A stretch of 64,000 nucleotides of DNA. Source: the human T2T-CHM13v2.0 reference genome, Homo sapiens. Positions 59,336-64,000 of the stretch are shown in pieces. The notes beneath the pieces are model-generated. The model searched no databases. It was not told the DNA's origin and worked only from the letters and a program-made list of their open reading frames with translations. Numbering within the stretch: the stretch's first letter is position 1; the number at the start of each line of letters is the position of its first letter. The DNA is taken from assembly GCF_009914755.1 (NCBI RefSeq), contig NC_060929.1. One strand, 5' to 3'. A program made the translations under genes and the position numbers.

Positions 59336-61939
59336 AAGTGAGAATAAAGATAAGATCAAGAAAATGTGTATCTTTATATTGACACCAAAAATCTCAAATG
59401 ACGTAGGCAGAATTACTTTAATATGCCTGATATTGAAACTTGCCAAATATTAACACTTCTCAATAAATATTTATGTACCCATGGAGTGAAATTTAAATGG
59501 AAGAAAGAACGTAGCTCTTCCTCTCAATGTGTTTACTATTTTTATATTTAAGTGGTATTCTAATGTGCCCTTGCATAATAGTTGGTAAAGATAATGAACA
59601 GTAATGTCCACAGGAAATAAAATATGGAAGAGTTTTAAATTAATATGTTAGCTACCCATGAGAATGGGTAAAATTATTTTTATTGTAATCTTGATAAAAA
59701 GAGAACAACGAAGTTAGCCAAGCTATGCAGGATTAAAGCATCTGGTGTACTAGTCACTCATAAGCCCATGTAAGCAGCTCATACTTTTGTGACATCATTT
59801 GGTACAAACGAATAAGGTATTTACTAGTGCACAGTCTATTATATTCTAGACAGATTCCACCTAAATTTGTGCTTATGCAGCATAAAGTTCAATTGAGTTC
59901 CTTACACTCAGATATATGGGGGCCAAGTACACAGCAATAAAATATTCTTGTTTTTTAAAAGTAGATTTGAGGTTTGAATCCACTGGATTTGTTTTCTATA
60001 CTCATCAAGTTAACTGTTTTACAATACAAAATATAACTGAGTTTGATTCGTACTGAATAGTCCATAAATAATAAATAAACCATGACTTTTAGAAATATTT
60101 TGGGAAGGAAACATGACAATAATGAACATACTCATCTGTAGGGTAGTTTAAGAAATCTATTCTACAAGGAGCAGGTTTGTAATTACTTAGAAATACAAAT
60201 GTTAAGTCAGAATAAAAATGTCTCAGCATTTTAATTTGGAAATGGCATATGTGTGAGTTCTTTCTTGTTTTTATAAATAACTAGCTATTATGATGGTTTC
60301 AGGATACAGTTGTGTAATAATTGCTTGTCTATTATGATTGAAAGCATGAGTAAAATAAAATGTATGTAATAGCACTCCCTCCAATAATAATTGCCCACTC
60401 TGTCATATCTGTTTGCTTGTGTAGCACAAAAAGCAAGAACAAAAATAGGCTCCACAAATCACTCATACTAAAAAAAAAATCTGAAATTAAAGTAAATACT
60501 GCTATAATACTCTCATATTTTTCATAAATTAGAACAAACATTTTATATATGCTTGCTTTACCTATTAGCTAGTAGATGATTAACATCTTACCGAATCTTT
60601 AAGTTACCAATCAATAAATCTTATCGAATATTACCCTTTAAGTCTGAGCTACAAAGAATTTGAGGAAATAACTCTTGACTTCAAGAAGTTTATTAAAGAT
60701 ACAATTTTAGTTTTCAATATTACACGAATGCTTTTTAAGTAAGCAGACTGTGACATTGAGCTAATTAAAAAATAATTATCATTACTGAGTGCTTAGAAAC
60801 TATAGCAACAAGTGGCTTAGAATTGGAAGGAAAACTGTCCGTATACAATACATGCATGCACATAAATTTACATTATCAGAACATTACTGATATTTATATC
60901 TGAAGTCCTAAGTCATAAAATATGGGTATTTGGACTCTGTTAAAAATATCTCCCTTCTATTTTGATGATTAAAGAAATGCAGCCATAAATCTTGTTTAGT
61001 TTTTAAAGGCATATAAAGAAAAGAAATGCATGTAATAATGTAGCCCAAATAAGTTCAATTCTATGAAACAACACTGATGTTTTCTAACGAGGAAAATTCT
61101 ACCCATTATGTTTTTGGAATCTGAAAAAAAAAATGATGAATTTCCTTTCCTATAGACTTGCCATGTGGGAAATGTTCTAACTTTATATTGCAGAAGTGAA
61201 ACCTTCATGACTTCACAAAAAGAAATGTGCAATACTGAGTGAATTACAATAAACTGAAAATTTCCCTGTGCTCTTTCCTTTATCCTTGAGTAGAATGAAA
61301 TCTACCATCTAACAGATTCCTGCTGTGACTTTTTACATTGGTATGGAGAGCCGATTCTTAGGGTATTCCTTGCCAAGATGGAGTAATGGTTCTAAAACCT
61401 AATAGAAGACTCCTGATTTAAAAGAATTTATAATGTATAAATATGAAAAAAGAGAGTATTCACTCAAAACCAAGACTCCCATGTGTAGAGTAAAAAGTGG
61501 AAACATACTCTAATTACAGTGGGGCTGAGAGAGAGCAGGAATTACAAGAATGGAACTGACTAAGTCTTTGGATAAACTTCCTGAAATGTATGGATTTTAG
61601 CTACCTTTTTAAAAAAAGGAAGCTACTCAAGTGCATATGAGACTTAGATTCACTACATCTTGGGCCAAGAAAAAACTTTAAAGGTATGGATGTAGCAGTG
61701 GGGCAAGCGTTTTGCATAAAGAATAGCAAACTGATGAGAATTGCTGCTATGAGGCATTGTAGAGGAGATAAATAGGAATTAATTTGGAGATCTCTCTAAG
61801 AGTGTGAATATTTGTAACAATAGCAAAAGTTCAGTTCTTCGACGTGTGGAGCATGTTCATATGTATCGCCTGATGTGATACACAAAATCTTCTGAGACAG
61901 AAGTATGACTACCATTTCATTGTAGAGATGAAAGCACCA

Positions 61940-62080
61940 ACATGCTTCCCTCTTCTGCAAAATGAAAATAATATAGTACCTATCTCCCTGAGCTGCTGTA
62001 AAAATTAAATTAGATTATGCATGTGAACAACTTATCAGAGTGCTTGGCACATTTCAGGTGTTCAACGAATACTTCTGATA
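61940..62080 (+). mobile_element. MIR
   Basis: ctgcaaaatgaaaataatatagtacctatctc...agagtgcttggcaca. Confidence 0.7.
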
Positions 62081-62146
62081 CTAAAAAGAAAAATGAAGTT
62101 AAAGATACCATTCTATGAATACATAGCTATAAAGTAACAAGACTGA

Positions 62147-62516
<370 letters not shown>

Positions 62517-63269
62517 ATAGCTATTTTTTATATAAAAGATGCAGGGGTTAGGAAATGATTTTCAATTATAGCTAACATAAATTTCTCAATAAATTAGGTT
62601 AAAAGAGTACCCACTTATTACATTATCTCAAGTTAATCTCTATTACAAGATCCTCCAAAGAGAAAAAGTATCATCTTTTTGAATTCTGGAGAAATCCAGC
62701 CAATTCAGTCTTCTCAGCCAAGATGGAAGCCCTCCCTCTTCCTTTCAATTCAGTGGAGTCTCAGATCCGCAAGTATGATCTACTACCATGGTGTCTGGGA
62801 AAGAGGTGCTGGTTCCTTGGTGGTCATAGTCTGCTCTGATTCCTCCGCTCTATCTGCATCCCTGTCTAATGCGATGGCGTTTCCGTCTCCAGTTACTGAT
62901 CGTGGAGCCTCTCCAGGACTACAGGCTCTTCCTCAGCGGCTGCCAAGCTCCTCTTAGGGAAGCCGGGGAACTTCTGAATGCCCAAGTATACCCTGCTGGA
63001 GGCACAGGAATCCTCTTGGAAGCTTTGTCTGGACATGCTTTAATACCGTCCATTTCTACTGTTGCCATACCAAGCCGCTACTGGTCACCACTGTAAATCT
63101 TTCTGCTGTTTTTTATAACCACAAAGTATAGCACAATTTCTGTCTGCTTTCATGCACCTAAAACTATTGTGGTTTTTGCCTTTCCCGGTCTCATTAGCTA
63201 AAACAAAGAGTTGATAAAGGCACAGGCCCTTTCTCAAGAAACAAAATGTTGTCTGTCTTCTTTCTGCAG

Positions 63270-64000
63270 TGAAACAGAATGTAAAGTCCAGAAATAAACG
63301 TGTAATTAAATAATTGTGTTTTTTTTGACAAAGATACTAACACAATTTAATAGGGAAACGGCAGCATTCTCAATAAATCATGTGAAACTAGATACTAATT
63401 CACTCAATAAACAAGGGTTAATTTGAGATGTAGCATAGGTCTGAACATAAAAGTTTCTAGGAGAAAATGTTGGTGACTGTTTTTCAGGCTGTGGGATGAG
63501 CAAATATTTCTTACACTGAACACAAAAAGCACTAACCACAAAAAATACCCAAAAATATTTTTTAATCAAAATTAAAATAATTTGCTCATAAACACCAGTA
63601 AGACAATGAAAAAGCAAGCTGCATGCTGCTAAAAAAAATTGACAGCACGTGTATTGATAAAATGTGTCCATCATATATAATAAAGTTCACAACTGAATAA
63701 TAAAAAGGAAAACAACCCGATAAACCTGAAAATAATTTTGAAGGGACACTTCACGCAAGAGGAAATGCACAAATAACAGGAATTCTCAATAGCCTTACTC
63801 ATCAGTGAAATGCAAATTAAAATCACAATGAGACACTGCTACATATGCAACAGAGTACGTAAAATTATAGAGACTGATAGTGCCAAATGTTTCTATGAAT
63901 ATGAAACAGTGGGGATTCTCATTCAATACTGGTATGTGCATAACAGAAATAACTTCTTTGGAAAATATTTTCTGGGTTTCTTATGTAGTAAAACGTAGAC
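63270..64000 (+). mobile_element. Old L1M ORF2 3' fragment, running off the window end
   Basis: aacagaat..agtccagaaataaac; tttgacaaag; MQIKITMRH remnant. Confidence 0.8.

Overview
This is AT-rich primate (human-like) genomic DNA, intronic or intergenic. It has no recognisable protein-coding gene, RNA gene or CRISPR array. It is dominated by decayed transposons: a near full-length older L1PA carrying two nested Alus (1.4-8.6 kb), a 5'-truncated young L1PA with a TSD (15-16.1 kb), a complete two-LTR THE1A element (29.6-31.9 kb), a truncated THE1, three MaLR solo LTRs, a full-length Tigger2 (44.4-47.4 kb), 13 Alus plus one monomer, MITEs, and MIR/L2/L1M fragments. The recognisable ORF-track entries are L1, Tigger, THE1 or Alu remnants; the rest look like chance ORFs. 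The best non-repeat signals are a splice-perfect 12-nt microexon candidate on the minus strand (12922-12933), a 46-bp near-perfect palindrome (26577-26622) and an unexplained CpG-retaining segment (62690-63100). There are also several local rearrangements inside repeats. Subfamily names come from remembered consensus sequences and need RepeatMasker/Dfam confirmation. I cannot demonstrate a new biological system from the sequence alone.
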